Counted from the stretch's first letter, positions 10,058 to 19,561 are shown. The stretch: 64,000 bases of DNA from Terriglobales bacterium (GCA_035319065.1 DATHDM010000316.1:1050-65049), one strand, 5' to 3'. Numbers and translations are program-made. Notes: generated from the sequence alone by a model not told the origin.

Positions 10058-11044
10058 ATGAAGTTACTACGCCAATTCGTGCGGCTGCTGGCTATGGCGC
10101 AACTTCTACCCGCGCTCGAAAGCGGGGAGGAGACCCTGGTCGGCGGACAGGCGGTGCTGGAGGGCGTGATGATGCGCTCACCGCACGCCTGGGGCATTGC
10201 CGTGCGCAAGAGCAACGGGGAAGTGGTGTCGCACTCCGAGCCGCTGGAGCGTCCGTCGGAAACGCACAAATGGATGGGATGGCCGGTGATTCGCGGCGTA
10301 ATCACGCTGGGCCAGGCTATGGCGCTGGGCTTCCGCGCGCTGCGGTACTCGGCCAATGTGGCGCTGGATGAAGTGCCGGTGAATGCCGAGGGCAAGACTA
10401 TTCAGCTGAGCGGCTGGATGGTGGCGGTCAATGCCATTCTTTCGGTGGCGTTTTTCATCTTCATGTACAAGTTCCTGCCGCTGGTGGCGGCCACAGAGTT
10501 GAAGCGCGTGTGGCCGGCATTCGGCAACCAGGTGGTGTTCAACCTGGTTGATGGAGCCATCCGCATCGGACTGTTCCTGCTGTTTATCTGGGCGACGTCG
10601 TTGTGGGGTGACATTCGGCGCGTCTATCAGTATCACGGAGCCGAGCACAAGACAGTGTTCGCCTTCGAGGCCCACGATCCCATGGAAGTGGGTGCGATCC
10701 AGAAATACTCCACCTTTCATCCCCGCTGCGGCACCAGTTTCCTGATGACGGTGATGCTGATTTCGATATTGATCTATACCTTGATCCCGGTGACTACGTT
10801 CTGGGGGCGCTTTGGGATCCGGGTGGCACTACTGCCGGTGATCGCCGGCGTCTCCTACGAGATCATCCGCTTCGCCGCCAGGCATCGTGGATCGTTGTTT
10901 GCAATCATGACAGCGCCTGGCCTCTGGCTGCAGCGGATCACCACTCAGCCGCCCGCCGATGATCAGGTGGAGTGCGCCATGGTTGCCCTGAACCAGGCGA
11001 TGGAACTGGAAGCCCAACGCGGCGGCCAGTTGGTGCTTGCCTAG
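10058..11044 (+). CDS. DUF1385 membrane protein (commonly linked to prfA/prmC)
   Basis: GGQAVLEGVMMRSP, YHGAEHK and several TM segments. ATG at 10058 preferred to the TTG at 10049. Confidence 0.75.
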   Translation: MKLLRQFVRLLAMAQLLPALESGEETLVGGQAVLEGVMMRSPHAWGIAVRKSNGEVVSHSEPLERPSETHKWMGWPVIRGVITLGQAMALGFRALRYSANVALDEVPVNAEGKTIQLSGWMVAVNAILSVAFFIFMYKFLPLVAATELKRVWPAFGNQVVFNLVDGAIRIGLFLLFIWATSLWGDIRRVYQYHGAEHKTVFAFEAHDPMEVGAIQKYSTFHPRCGTSFLMTVMLISILIYTLIPVTTFWGRFGIRVALLPVIAGVSYEIIRFAARHRGSLFAIMTAPGLWLQRITTQPPADDQVECAMVALNQAMELEAQRGGQLVLA

Positions 11045-11187
11045 GGGCGCCGACCCCGAAGAGCAGCAGTCCGCATTCAGCCCTTAGCAATCAGAAAAGA
11101 CAACCGAGAGCAAGGCAGTTGGCTTCAAGCCTGGGCTTGACCGCTTCACTACGCCGAAGCTCAGCACAGTCGTAGAATGAGGAGCCC

Positions 11188-12264
11188 ATGTTCGAGAGAC
11201 TGGAACAGATTGAAGCAAAGTATGAAGAGCTGACGCGGGCGCTGGCCTCGCCCGAGATCGTGTCCGACTCTTCCAAGTACCAGAAGACCGCCAAGGCGCA
11301 CAGCGAGCAGATGGCGGTGGTCGAGAAGTACCGCGAGTACAAGGACCTGAAGCGCGGCATCGCGGAGAGCAAGCAGATGATCGCGGAGGAGTCCGACGCG
11401 GAGTTGCTGGCCTACGCGCAGGAGGAGCTGGCCCGCCTGGAAGAGAGGGAGCTCAAGGTCGAACAGGACTTAAAGTTGCTGCTGATCCCCAAGGACCCGA
11501 ACGACGAGCGCAACGTGGTGCTGGAGATCCGCGCCGGCACCGGCGGGGATGAGGCTTCGCTGTTCGCCGGCGAGATGTTTCGCCTGTACACGCGGTATGC
11601 GGAATCGCAACGCTGGAAGGTGGAGGTGCTGTCCACGTCGGAATCCGGAGTGGGCGGGCTGAAGGAAGTGATTGCGCTGGTGGAGGGCAAGGGAGCGTAT
11701 TCGCGGCTGAAGTACGAAGGCGGGGTACACCGGGTGCAGCGCGTGCCGGAAACCGAGCAGCAGGGGCGCGTGCACACCTCCACCGTGACGGTAGCGGTGA
11801 TGCCCGAGGCGGAGGATGTGGACATCAAGATCGACGCCAAGGATCTCCGCATCGACACCTTCTGCTCCTCGGGGCCGGGCGGGCAATCGGTGAACACCAC
11901 CTATTCCGCGGTCCGCATCACACATCTTCCTACGAACACGGTAGTGAGCTGCCAGGACGAGAAGTCGCAGATCAAGAACCGTGAGAAGGCGATGCGCGTG
12001 CTGCGGGCGCGTCTGTACGAGGTGGAGCAGCAGAAGCAGCAGGAGGCGCTGGCCAAAGAACGGCGTTCCATGGTGGGCTCGGGGGACCGCAGCGAGAAGA
12101 TTCGCACTTACAATTTTCCGCAGAACCGGGTGACGGATCATCGCATCGGCTTGACGCTGCACCAGTTGGTGGAAGTGATGGATGGCAAGCTGCAGCCGAT
12201 TATCGATGCACTGACCACGCATTACCAGGCAGAGAAGCTGAAGCAGGAAGCGGCGCTCGCGTAA
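11188..12264 (+). CDS. prfA: Peptide chain release factor 1
   Basis: GGQ motif ([11 protein letters not shown]) and an RF1-type PxT tripeptide (RVPETE). Confidence 0.95.
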   Translation: MFERLEQIEAKYEELTRALASPEIVSDSSKYQKTAKAHSEQMAVVEKYREYKDLKRGIAESKQMIAEESDAELLAYAQEELARLEERELKVEQDLKLLLIPKDPNDERNVVLEIRAGTGGDEASLFAGEMFRLYTRYAESQRWKVEVLSTSESGVGGLKEVIALVEGKGAYSRLKYEGGVHRVQRVPETEQQGRVHTSTVTVAVMPEAEDVDIKIDAKDLRIDTFCSSGPGGQSVNTTYSAVRITHLPTNTVVSCQDEKSQIKNREKAMRVLRARLYEVEQQKQQEALAKERRSMVGSGDRSEKIRTYNFPQNRVTDHRIGLTLHQLVEVMDGKLQPIIDALTTHYQAEKLKQEAALA

Positions 12265-12393
12265 CTGAGTATCAGCGGTCAACAATCAGCAAACGCAGAT
12301 CCCTCAACCGACAAGGGCGGCCGAGGGATGACAAATCAAAGACGGCGGGATCACCTGCGCCGCATATTGTGAGCAGGCGGAGGAGGCCGTGAG

Positions 12394-13737
12394 ATGCGAG
12401 TTGCGGGACCGGGGCTCTTGTCCGCAGTGCGTGCGGGAATGCTTGGCCTTGCTGCGCTGATTGGTCTTTACCAGCCGGCAGGCACGAACGCGGCGCCGCC
12501 GCAAACCGTCCTGGAAGCTCCGCCTATCGTGAAAGCCGGCCGGCTGGCGGAGCCCAAGTCGCTTGAGCAGGTTGGCGTCCCGGTCGCAGCCACGCGCGCA
12601 GCGATCCCGGCAGACAATCCGCAGACGCCCCAGAAAGTCGCGCTGGGCGAAAAGCTGTTCTTCGACGGCCGGCTGTCAGTTGATGGAACTGTCGCTTGCA
12701 GCACCTGTCACGACCCAGGGCGCGCTTTCACCGACGGGCTGGCCGTTTCGATTGGTGTGAAGGGCCGCATCGGCCAGCGCAACGCACCCACGGTATTGAA
12801 CGCCCTTTACAACAAGTTCCAGTTCTGGGATGGGCGCGTGAAGACACTGGAGGAGCAAGCAGCCCTGCCCATAACCAACCCCAGCGAAATGGGGCAGCCC
12901 AGCCTGGATGCTGCCGTAACCCAGATTTCTGCCCTCGCGGAATACCAGCAGGCCTTCCGAGAGGTCTTTGGGCACGCGCCCAACGGAGGCGACCTGCTGC
13001 GGGCCATCGCCGCCTACGAGCGAACCCAGTTTTCTTTTGATTCCCCTTTCGATCGCTTCGTCGCCGGCGACAAGCACGCCATCAGCGATTCCGCTAAACG
13101 AGGCTGGGTGCTCTTCAATACCCGCGCCCGCTGCAACAAATGCCACGCTCTGACGGACAAAGCGCGGGACGAGACCTATTTTACGGACAACGATTTTCAC
13201 AACATCGGGATTGGCATTGTTCGGCACAACGTGGTCGTGCTGGCGTGCCAGGCTGAACAACGGGTCAATTCGGGCGATACTGCGGCCATCGATCATGCCG
13301 CGATTCAGACGGACATGTCGGCGCTCGGCCGATTTCTCATCACCAAGAAGGAAGCTGACATAGCGTCCTTCAAGACTCCCGACCTGCGGAATGTACTGAT
13401 GACCGCTCCATACTTCCACGACGGCTCGCAGGAGACGCTGTGGGATGCGATGGATCACTACAATAAGGGCGACGGCATACGGAATCCCTATCTTGATGAG
13501 GACATCCAGCCGCTTGCCCTGAAGGAAGATGAGATCGACGATGTTGTCGAGTTTCTGGCCTCGCTTACCAGCGCACAATACAAGGAGCAGGGGATCAAGG
13601 AACTGGCAAGGCAGCGCGAACTCTCCCGCACCAAGCGGCCGCAGCGCGATACCGCGAGGGCGTTTGGTCCTAAACCAGTTCAGCCCAAGCCGTCCCGTTC
13701 CTGCGCCGCTGTGCCGTCTGACGCCAAGCCGAAATGA
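12394..13737 (+). CDS. Di-haem cytochrome c peroxidase (CCP/MauG family)
   Basis: Signal peptide and two CxxCH motifs (CSTCHD, CNKCHA). Flanking motifs FWDGR and TPDLRNV...APYFHDG are typical of bacterial CCP. GGAGGAGG SD. Confidence 0.88.
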   Translation: MRVAGPGLLSAVRAGMLGLAALIGLYQPAGTNAAPPQTVLEAPPIVKAGRLAEPKSLEQVGVPVAATRAAIPADNPQTPQKVALGEKLFFDGRLSVDGTVACSTCHDPGRAFTDGLAVSIGVKGRIGQRNAPTVLNALYNKFQFWDGRVKTLEEQAALPITNPSEMGQPSLDAAVTQISALAEYQQAFREVFGHAPNGGDLLRAIAAYERTQFSFDSPFDRFVAGDKHAISDSAKRGWVLFNTRARCNKCHALTDKARDETYFTDNDFHNIGIGIVRHNVVVLACQAEQRVNSGDTAAIDHAAIQTDMSALGRFLITKKEADIASFKTPDLRNVLMTAPYFHDGSQETLWDAMDHYNKGDGIRNPYLDEDIQPLALKEDEIDDVVEFLASLTSAQYKEQGIKELARQRELSRTKRPQRDTARAFGPKPVQPKPSRSCAAVPSDAKPK

Positions 13738-13788
13738 CGGCCGAAATTCCCGAACCGGCAGGGGCTTGCGTCTAGCGGACTTGTTGGG

Positions 13789-14625
13789 ATGACGATAAGG
13801 CACGCACTCGAGACCGCAGTGGCGAAGCTCACCGCGCACGACGTGGGTTCGCCGCGGATGAACGCCGAACTGCTGCTCATGTTTGTTCTGGGGCGCGAGC
13901 GCGCGTTTTTCTACGCCTACCCTGAGCGGGAACTCACGGCGGAAGAGGAGTTGCGCTACCAAGAGGCGATTGCCGAGCGAGCTACAGGGGTGCCGGCGCA
14001 GTACATCACCGGGCACCAGGAATTCTGGGGCCTGGACTTTTTGGTTACGCCAGCGGTGCTGATTCCACGGCCGGAAACCGAGCACGTGGTGGAAACCGCG
14101 CTGGAGCTGGCGCGCACGATTGAACATCCCCGAATCATCGACGTGGGCACGGGCACGGGGTGCATTGCCCTAGCGCTGGCTCACGAGCTTCCGCAGGCGG
14201 ACATCACGGCGGTCGATATCTCGCTGGAGGCGCTGGAGGTTGCCAAGGTCAATAGCGCGAGGCTGCAACTGGACCGGCGGGTTCATTTTCGGCGGAACGA
14301 CCTGCTAGCGGGATTCGCGCCGGAGCAGTTCGACCTGGTGGTCTCCAATCCGCCTTATGTGGGTGAGGGAGAGTCCGATAAGGTGCAGGCTGAGGTCCGC
14401 AGGTTCGAGCCGCATGTGGCGGTGTTCGCGGGAGCGGAGGGCCTGGACGTCCTTGCCCGACTCCTTCCCCAGGCTCACGATGCCCTCAAGCGTGAGGGCT
14501 GGGTGCTGGTGGAGATCGGATTCTCGCAATCGGAGAGGGCAGAGCGGCTGGCGGCCGGCTGGAGCGAGGTGAAGTTCATCCCAGACCTGAAAGGAATTCC
14601 GCGGGTGCTGGCGGCGAGGAAGTAG
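13789..14625 (+). CDS. prmC: Release-factor glutamine N5-methyltransferase
   Basis: SAM motif IDVGTGTGCIALA and the catalytic NPPY (VSNPPYV). Confidence 0.9.
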   Translation: MTIRHALETAVAKLTAHDVGSPRMNAELLLMFVLGRERAFFYAYPERELTAEEELRYQEAIAERATGVPAQYITGHQEFWGLDFLVTPAVLIPRPETEHVVETALELARTIEHPRIIDVGTGTGCIALALAHELPQADITAVDISLEALEVAKVNSARLQLDRRVHFRRNDLLAGFAPEQFDLVVSNPPYVGEGESDKVQAEVRRFEPHVAVFAGAEGLDVLARLLPQAHDALKREGWVLVEIGFSQSERAERLAAGWSEVKFIPDLKGIPRVLAARK

Positions 14626-14628
14626 CGA

Positions 14629-15537
14629 TCAGTGAACCGTCGCGCGGGCGCGCTGCAGTTCGCGGTAGGCTTCGCTCTTGGAGATGCCGAATTCGCGGGC
14701 GACGCGCTTGAGAGCCGATTTCTCGTCGAGCTTCTCGGCTTCCATTACCGCGTGCAGCCGTTGGTGGATGGTTTCCCTGTTCACCGGCGCGCGATCCTTT
14801 CCGTTCTCGTCGGCCCTGGAGATCAGCAGGGTGATCTCGCCCTTCAGCTCGCGCGCCTGCGCGGCTTCCAACACGTCCTGGGCGCGGCCGCGGAGAAACT
14901 CCTCGTGAATCTTGGTGACCTCGCGGGCCAACACCACGTGGCGGGCGGGGCCGAGCACCTCCACGATGTCTTTCATGGTGTCGAGGATGCGGTGGGGCGC
15001 CTCGTAGAAGATCTGGGTGCGCGGGGAGTCTTTGATGGACTCCAGAATCTTGTGGCGTTGAGTGGTCTTGGCGGGCAAGAAGCCGGAGAAGCGAAACGAC
15101 TCGCCCGGCAGCCCGCTGGCGACCAGCGCAGCCAGGAAGGCCGAAGCCCCGGGGACCGGAATCACCGGGATGTGATGGCGGATGGCGAGCGAGATCAGGC
15201 GGAAGCCGGGATCGGAGATGCCCGGCATGCCGGCGTCGGTGACCAAGGCGATGCTCGCGCCGTTCTCCAGGTCAACAATGAGTTCGGCAGCCCGTGTCAT
15301 CTCGTTGTGCTCGTGGTAGCTGACTGTGGGGGTGCGCACCTCGTAGTGATTGAGCAGCTTTTGCGTCTGGCGGGTGTCCTCGCACGCAATACGATCCACC
15401 TCGCGCAGCACGCGCAGGGCACGGAGGGTGATGTCTTCCAGGTTGCCGATCGGCGTGCCTACCACGTAGAGCGCGGGACCACGGAGAGAAAGTGTTTCTG
15501 GTGGGGACTGGTTGCCGTCCTCTCGCTTCGCTGGCAT
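14629..15537 (-). CDS. rsmI: 16S rRNA (cytidine1402-2'-O)-methyltransferase
   Basis: LYVVGTPIGNLEDITLRALRVL...ACEDTR, the tetrapyrrole-methylase fold signature of RsmI. Confidence 0.9.
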   Translation of the reverse strand: MPAKREDGNQSPPETLSLRGPALYVVGTPIGNLEDITLRALRVLREVDRIACEDTRQTQKLLNHYEVRTPTVSYHEHNEMTRAAELIVDLENGASIALVTDAGMPGISDPGFRLISLAIRHHIPVIPVPGASAFLAALVASGLPGESFRFSGFLPAKTTQRHKILESIKDSPRTQIFYEAPHRILDTMKDIVEVLGPARHVVLAREVTKIHEEFLRGRAQDVLEAAQARELKGEITLLISRADENGKDRAPVNRETIHQRLHAVMEAEKLDEKSALKRVAREFGISKSEAYRELQRARATVH

Positions 15538-15744
15538 AGGAAAAGTTTAGCACTTGCCGACGGCGGGTGGGATAGAGCGACGCGAGGGAAGAGAGGAGGT
15601 TCTCCATTCATTTCGTGGAAGCGAGAGCTTTTCCACGACCCTGGGGCGAGCCGCGGGTAAATCGCCGGCCCGAACAAATGCGACCTAGAATCGGCGGAGG
15701 CATCTAAGTATCTGCAAATCAAGTAGTAATGGAGTGCAAGAAGC

Positions 15745-16053
15745 GTGCCGCTGTACGAATACCGTTGTAAGAAGTGCCACCACGTTTTTGAGAAGATCCA
15801 GAAGTTTTCCGATCCCCCAGCAGGGGAGTGTCCGAAGTGCGGCGGGCGGGTGGAGCAACTGCTCTCGGCCCCGGCGATTCACTTCAAGGGCGGGGGATGG
15901 TATGTGACTGACTACGCCAAGAAAGGGGCCCCGGCGTCTTCCTCGAGCAGCGATGGAAAGGACTTAGGCAAGACCACCCCGGCCTCGACGGACTCCAAGC
16001 CCAAATCGGAACCGAAGACCTCCGAGAAGCCTGCAGCCAAAGAGAAGAAATAG
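15745..16053 (+). CDS. FmdB-family zinc-ribbon protein
   Basis: MPLYEYRCKKCHHVFE...CPKCGG (two CxxC pairs) with a low-complexity Ser/Lys tail. GTG start. Confidence 0.75.
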   Translation: MPLYEYRCKKCHHVFEKIQKFSDPPAGECPKCGGRVEQLLSAPAIHFKGGGWYVTDYAKKGAPASSSSSDGKDLGKTTPASTDSKPKSEPKTSEKPAAKEKK

Positions 16054-16071
16054 CCGTAGCCGGGAAAGCGC

Positions 16072-16890
16072 TTACGCTCGAGCGGCGCGCACATCCAGGT
16101 ATTCGGCTTCCACGACGACGGAGCCATCGCTGGCGGTATTGTGCTCCGCCCACAAGGCTTCGAGCTGGCAAGCAAGCTGCGCCTGACCCTGCGGATCAAG
16201 GCGGGAGAACGCCGTCTGGATGGGGCCAAAATACTGCCGGAAGAGCGCTACCACCTCTTTGGGACCGAATGGGTACTTGAAGTGTGCCTTCTGGCGGGTC
16301 GCGCTTATCGCGCTCGTCCCCCGCGAGAGGCGCTGGTGAACGATGGACTCATCCCCCCAGAGGCTGGGCGCGGGGACGCCGGGAGGGGGCGGCACCATTC
16401 CCGAGGTGATCAAAAAGCTTTTGCCCACAAAGCCCTGAGGAGTCCAGTTGGCCATGGCAATCACTCCACCAGGGCGGCAGACGCGAATCAGCTCGGCAGC
16501 GACGCGCTCCGGCCGGGGAGCAAACATCGCGCCGAACATGGTGAGCACGACATCGAACTGGTGATCGCGATAGGGAAGGTCTTCGGCATCGCCCTCCTCA
16601 AAGCGGATTTGGAGCCGCTCGGCTTCAGCCCGCTTGCCGGCCTGCTCGAGGAGATTGGGCGCGATATCCACCCCTGTGACCTGGGCCCCACGGCGGGCAG
16701 CGGGGAGGGCGGTGTTACCGGTACCGCAGGCTACGTCGAGAACGCGCATGCCAGGCTGGATAGCGGTGCGCGCGATAAAGTCCTCGCCGGCAGTGACGGT
16801 GAAACGGGCGATCTGACCGAAGTCGCCGGCCATCCAAGTAGCTTTCAGATTCGATTTCAACTGCGAAAAATCACGAGAGCCTGATGCCAT
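16072..16890 (-). CDS. Class I SAM-dependent methyltransferase
   Basis: Motif I VLDVACGTGNTAL and post-I GVDIAPNLL. Confidence 0.8.
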   Translation of the reverse strand: MASGSRDFSQLKSNLKATWMAGDFGQIARFTVTAGEDFIARTAIQPGMRVLDVACGTGNTALPAARRGAQVTGVDIAPNLLEQAGKRAEAERLQIRFEEGDAEDLPYRDHQFDVVLTMFGAMFAPRPERVAAELIRVCRPGGVIAMANWTPQGFVGKSFLITSGMVPPPPGVPAPSLWGDESIVHQRLSRGTSAISATRQKAHFKYPFGPKEVVALFRQYFGPIQTAFSRLDPQGQAQLACQLEALWAEHNTASDGSVVVEAEYLDVRAARA

Positions 16891-17073
16891 AGAATTCCCC
16901 CCATAGCAAATGTGGATGGCGCGCGCACGAGAGGGGATTCAGCGATTCGCGGTGCAATAGATCACGCGCCCGAGCCCCCGCACAGCGCCAAGAATACAGC
17001 AGGCTGCGCCTCGATCGGCGCAGCCTGTCTTTCTTGCACTCGGCCTCAGCAAGGCTCGATTCGGCCCGAGCGA

Positions 17074-17754
17074 CTAGCTCAAGAAAAAATCCTTGGTGAC
17101 TTGGCGCCAGTCCTGATCGGGGATGGCGGAGGTGATGTCATCCATGGCCACGCCGCCATCCTGAGCGAGGGCGCCCAAGGCAGCCGGTATGCGGCGTTGC
17201 AGACGAGTGGCCGCTTCCTCCGTCCACCAGCGCGCGAGCGCGCCGCCGAGCAGGTTCTTGAAATTGGTCTTGGCGTCGGGCGACTGCACGGTCACCATCC
17301 AGCCTTCTCCGTAGGGGTCTTTGCGCGCCAGTTCGGGATCGCGAAGCGCGGCGTCATTGATGTCGGCTACGCTGCCCTCGATCGGAGAGAGCATATCCAC
17401 TTTTTGTCCGTCGCGGTGCACCGTCCAGATCTTCTGACCCTGACGGATCCAATGGCCGCGCTGCGGCAGCGAGAGGTGATCGATCTTGCCGACCAGCTTG
17501 GAGGCGAAATCGTCCATGCCGATGCGCACCAGCGTGGGGCTCTCGTTGAGCGCCCAGGTGTGGCCGGGGTGATAACGCAAGTTCTCCGGCACCTGGAAGC
17601 CGCCGACCAGCGCGGGCTGGAGGCGAGCTTCCATGGCGGGCTCAGTCTTGGGAATTGCAGGCTGAGCGGCAACCTGCACAGCCGGCCGCTTGCTGAAGAA
17701 ATAATCGATAAGTAAGAAGGCGATGAAAGTTGCCAGAACCAGAATGACGGTCAT
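17074..17754 (-). CDS. Membrane-anchored glycine-cleavage-H-like (biotinyl/lipoyl-fold) protein
   Basis: N-terminal TM (MTVILVLATFIAFLLIDYFF) followed by a GcvH-like domain (HPGHTWA...RIGMDDFA...SPIEGSVADIN...DPYGEGWM). GGAG SD before the ATG at 17754. The longer track ORF is rejected. Confidence 0.7.
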   Translation of the reverse strand: MTVILVLATFIAFLLIDYFFSKRPAVQVAAQPAIPKTEPAMEARLQPALVGGFQVPENLRYHPGHTWALNESPTLVRIGMDDFASKLVGKIDHLSLPQRGHWIRQGQKIWTVHRDGQKVDMLSPIEGSVADINDAALRDPELARKDPYGEGWMVTVQSPDAKTNFKNLLGGALARWWTEEAATRLQRRIPAALGALAQDGGVAMDDITSAIPDQDWRQVTKDFFLS

Positions 17755-18265
17755 GTTGGTGTCTCCTTGGGCGCGCCTGCTGAGCGGGTTGCCACCTTTT
17801 GTTAGGGCAACCGTGTTACCAAACCATCGTGACGCGATAAGAATCCTCGATGCTTGGTGCAAGCGGCTGATTTCGCGGGAGTTCTTCCGGGCTGGGCAGA
17901 AGATAGAAGGGGAAGCAGATGAATTCTTGATCAGCATATTGTTGAACACTTCAACAGCGAAAAATGCATAGTCTGCATTACACGGAACGCCCGGAACACA
18001 ATATCAACAAGTTAGGAAGACACGCATGGCTGCTTGATTTTTCAACGCGCGCTGATGAGTTTCTTATCAGGGTCGCAAAATCAAACGGCGGAATCGACCC
18101 TGAATACTTATCCGGCGAATAAAAAATTTGAATTTCCCTTCCGCTGGTTTTGCTTGTATCAAAGAACCACCCTGGCACGCGGGTTCCCCGGGGGCCCCCA
18201 ATTAAGCAGCAGGCTTGGCTGGAGGTTCATGAACCCGGAACGGGGTGAGAGGATGGAGACGCCCA

Positions 18266-18388
18266 ATGGGGTTGGACTGGCGTTCGGCGGTCTTTATGGC
18301 GACCATTCTTTTCCTGGTCTTTAAGCAGAAGGGCGTTTTGCTTCCAGCAGGGTTGGGCCGCTTGCAGCGTGATTCAAGAGTGAAGTAA
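18266..18388 (+). CDS. Candidate 40-codon small ORF (MGLDWRSAVFMATILFLVFKQKG...)
   Basis: GGAG at 18255-18258 lies 7 nt before the ATG. The ORF ends 60 nt before a strong plus-strand terminator. It has a short hydrophobic stretch and no homology that I can recognise. The transcript could instead be non-coding. Confidence 0.2.
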   Translation: MGLDWRSAVFMATILFLVFKQKGVLLPAGLGRLQRDSRVK

Positions 18389-18447
18389 CGAGAGTCTGAT
18401 TCACATTCATAACGGTCGTCCTACGCTCAGTGATATAGGTGAGGGCT

Positions 18448-18482
18448 GGGGTATCCCGTGCGGGATGCCCCGTTTTTTTTTT
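18448..18482 (+). terminator. Strong intrinsic terminator with no annotated plus-strand gene
   Basis: GGGGTATCCC, a GTGC loop and GGGATGCCCC (10 bp, one G-U pair), followed by G and a run of 10 T. On the opposite strand there is no U tract after the hairpin. Confidence 0.75.
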
Positions 18483-18520
18483 GGCTAAGCCTTGGCATGA
18501 GTCCTTCGACTCTGGCATCC

Positions 18521-19186
18521 CTACTGCGAGGCACTTCCTTTCACGATGATGGCCAAGTGATAGTCGTCGCCGCCGGCGGTTTTCGTTGCGGCGGCAAAGA
18601 CTATATAGTCCTCCGGCGTTCGAGTGACCGACGGGTGCTCGGGGCCAGCAGGGACCATGCTGAATACCGCGGGGTGCGCAGTGCCGGACGCCCGGAGACT
18701 GAGGCGGTTGAGTTCGGCGGGGGTGAAGGTCGCGCCGGGATCGGGGTCGGACGCCAGTGGCACCAGCAGGACAAAGTCGCGGCCCGGCGCAACGCCGAGG
18801 TGGTTGCCATCATTGGGAAGCAGGGCGTAGCGCATGGAATAAATGCCGGGCTTGATCTCCTGTCCGCGAAAATCGGAAGCCGCGACCGGAAACCGGATCA
18901 CACCCAACAGCTCCGACTCGGCCAGTTCGGGATAGCTGGCTCCTTCGACGGCCTTTCTGGCGACTGGGAGTTTTGTGCGCAGCCAAATCTCGCAAAGTTC
19001 CCGGCCATCTTCCGAGATGATGCGATGACCGCGCGCTTCGAGCGCGGCCGTCATGGCGGGAGAGGCGGCAGCGTCGGACAGGGCCGGGGCGGGCTCCAAC
19101 TTGTCGGCGGCGAGGGTGAGGGCCAAGAGCAAGACAAGCAACATTAAGAGAGAGTCTCGTGAGTCAGCGCATATCCGCGGACACAA
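18521..19186 (-). CDS. Hypothetical secreted protein
   Basis: The ORF has a hydrophobic signal-like N-terminus (MLLVLLLALTLAA, alternative start at 19144). No recognisable domain. Neither start has a clear SD. Confidence 0.55.
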   Translation of the reverse strand: MCPRICADSRDSLLMLLVLLLALTLAADKLEPAPALSDAAASPAMTAALEARGHRIISEDGRELCEIWLRTKLPVARKAVEGASYPELAESELLGVIRFPVAASDFRGQEIKPGIYSMRYALLPNDGNHLGVAPGRDFVLLVPLASDPDPGATFTPAELNRLSLRASGTAHPAVFSMVPAGPEHPSVTRTPEDYIVFAAATKTAGGDDYHLAIIVKGSASQ

Positions 19187-19246
19187 AGGCGAAGGGCCGC
19201 GGACAGGCGAGTCCGCGCCCGGAATTTATTCGTGCTCCACGACGGT

Positions 19247-19561
19247 TTACTTCTTCAGGCTTTTGACGTACTTGGCGACGGCATCGATCTGTTCGGGGGT
19301 GAGCTTGCCACCGTAGGCTGGCATTTTGCCCTTGCCCTTTTCGATGATGGTCTTGATGTCGGCCTCGCTCTGAGCCTGCACCTCGGCGGAAGAAAGGTCG
19401 CGAAGTTTGAGCGATTTCCCGACGGGAGTATTACCGGAACCATCCGCGCCATGGCAGCTGGCGCACTTTGCCTTGAAGACATCAGCGCCGCTTTCGGCGG
19501 CCAGGGGAGTGGTTCCTGCCAAGCCCACTGCCAGAGCTAAGACAACCGCTGCGTTTTTCAT
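19247..19561 (-). CDS. Small soluble c-type cytochrome (class I)
   Basis: 104 aa with a signal peptide, CASCH haem motif and a distal Met (GKMPAYGG). AGGAG SD. It is the 3' part of the over-long track ORF 19247-20185. Confidence 0.85.
   Translation of the reverse strand: MKNAAVVLALAVGLAGTTPLAAESGADVFKAKCASCHGADGSGNTPVGKSLKLRDLSSAEVQAQSEADIKTIIEKGKGKMPAYGGKLTPEQIDAVAKYVKSLKK

Noticed and set aside
12676-14127. A 483-codon antisense ORF over the cytochrome c peroxidase and prmC genes. Similar long antisense ORFs lie at 1596-2840, 30347-31663, 40305-41423, 47147-48265, 55446-56822 and 61762-63372.
   Set aside because: Each lies opposite a gene with clear catalytic motifs. Their translations are Arg/Gly/Pro/His-rich with no recognisable domains, signal peptides or SD sequences.
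18173-18187. TGGCACGcgggTTCC as a sigma54 promoter
   Set aside because: The -24 half is perfect, but the conserved -12 GC is replaced by CC. I kept it only as a remark inside the intergenic-island finding.
18034-18518. Track ORFs 18034-18324 (+) and 18321-18518 (-), plus 17978-18178 (-), as protein genes in the large intergenic gap
   Set aside because: They have non-canonical starts without SD, no protein-like sequence features, and one runs through the terminator hairpin. Only the 40-codon ORF at 18266 has a plausible SD, and even that is low confidence.
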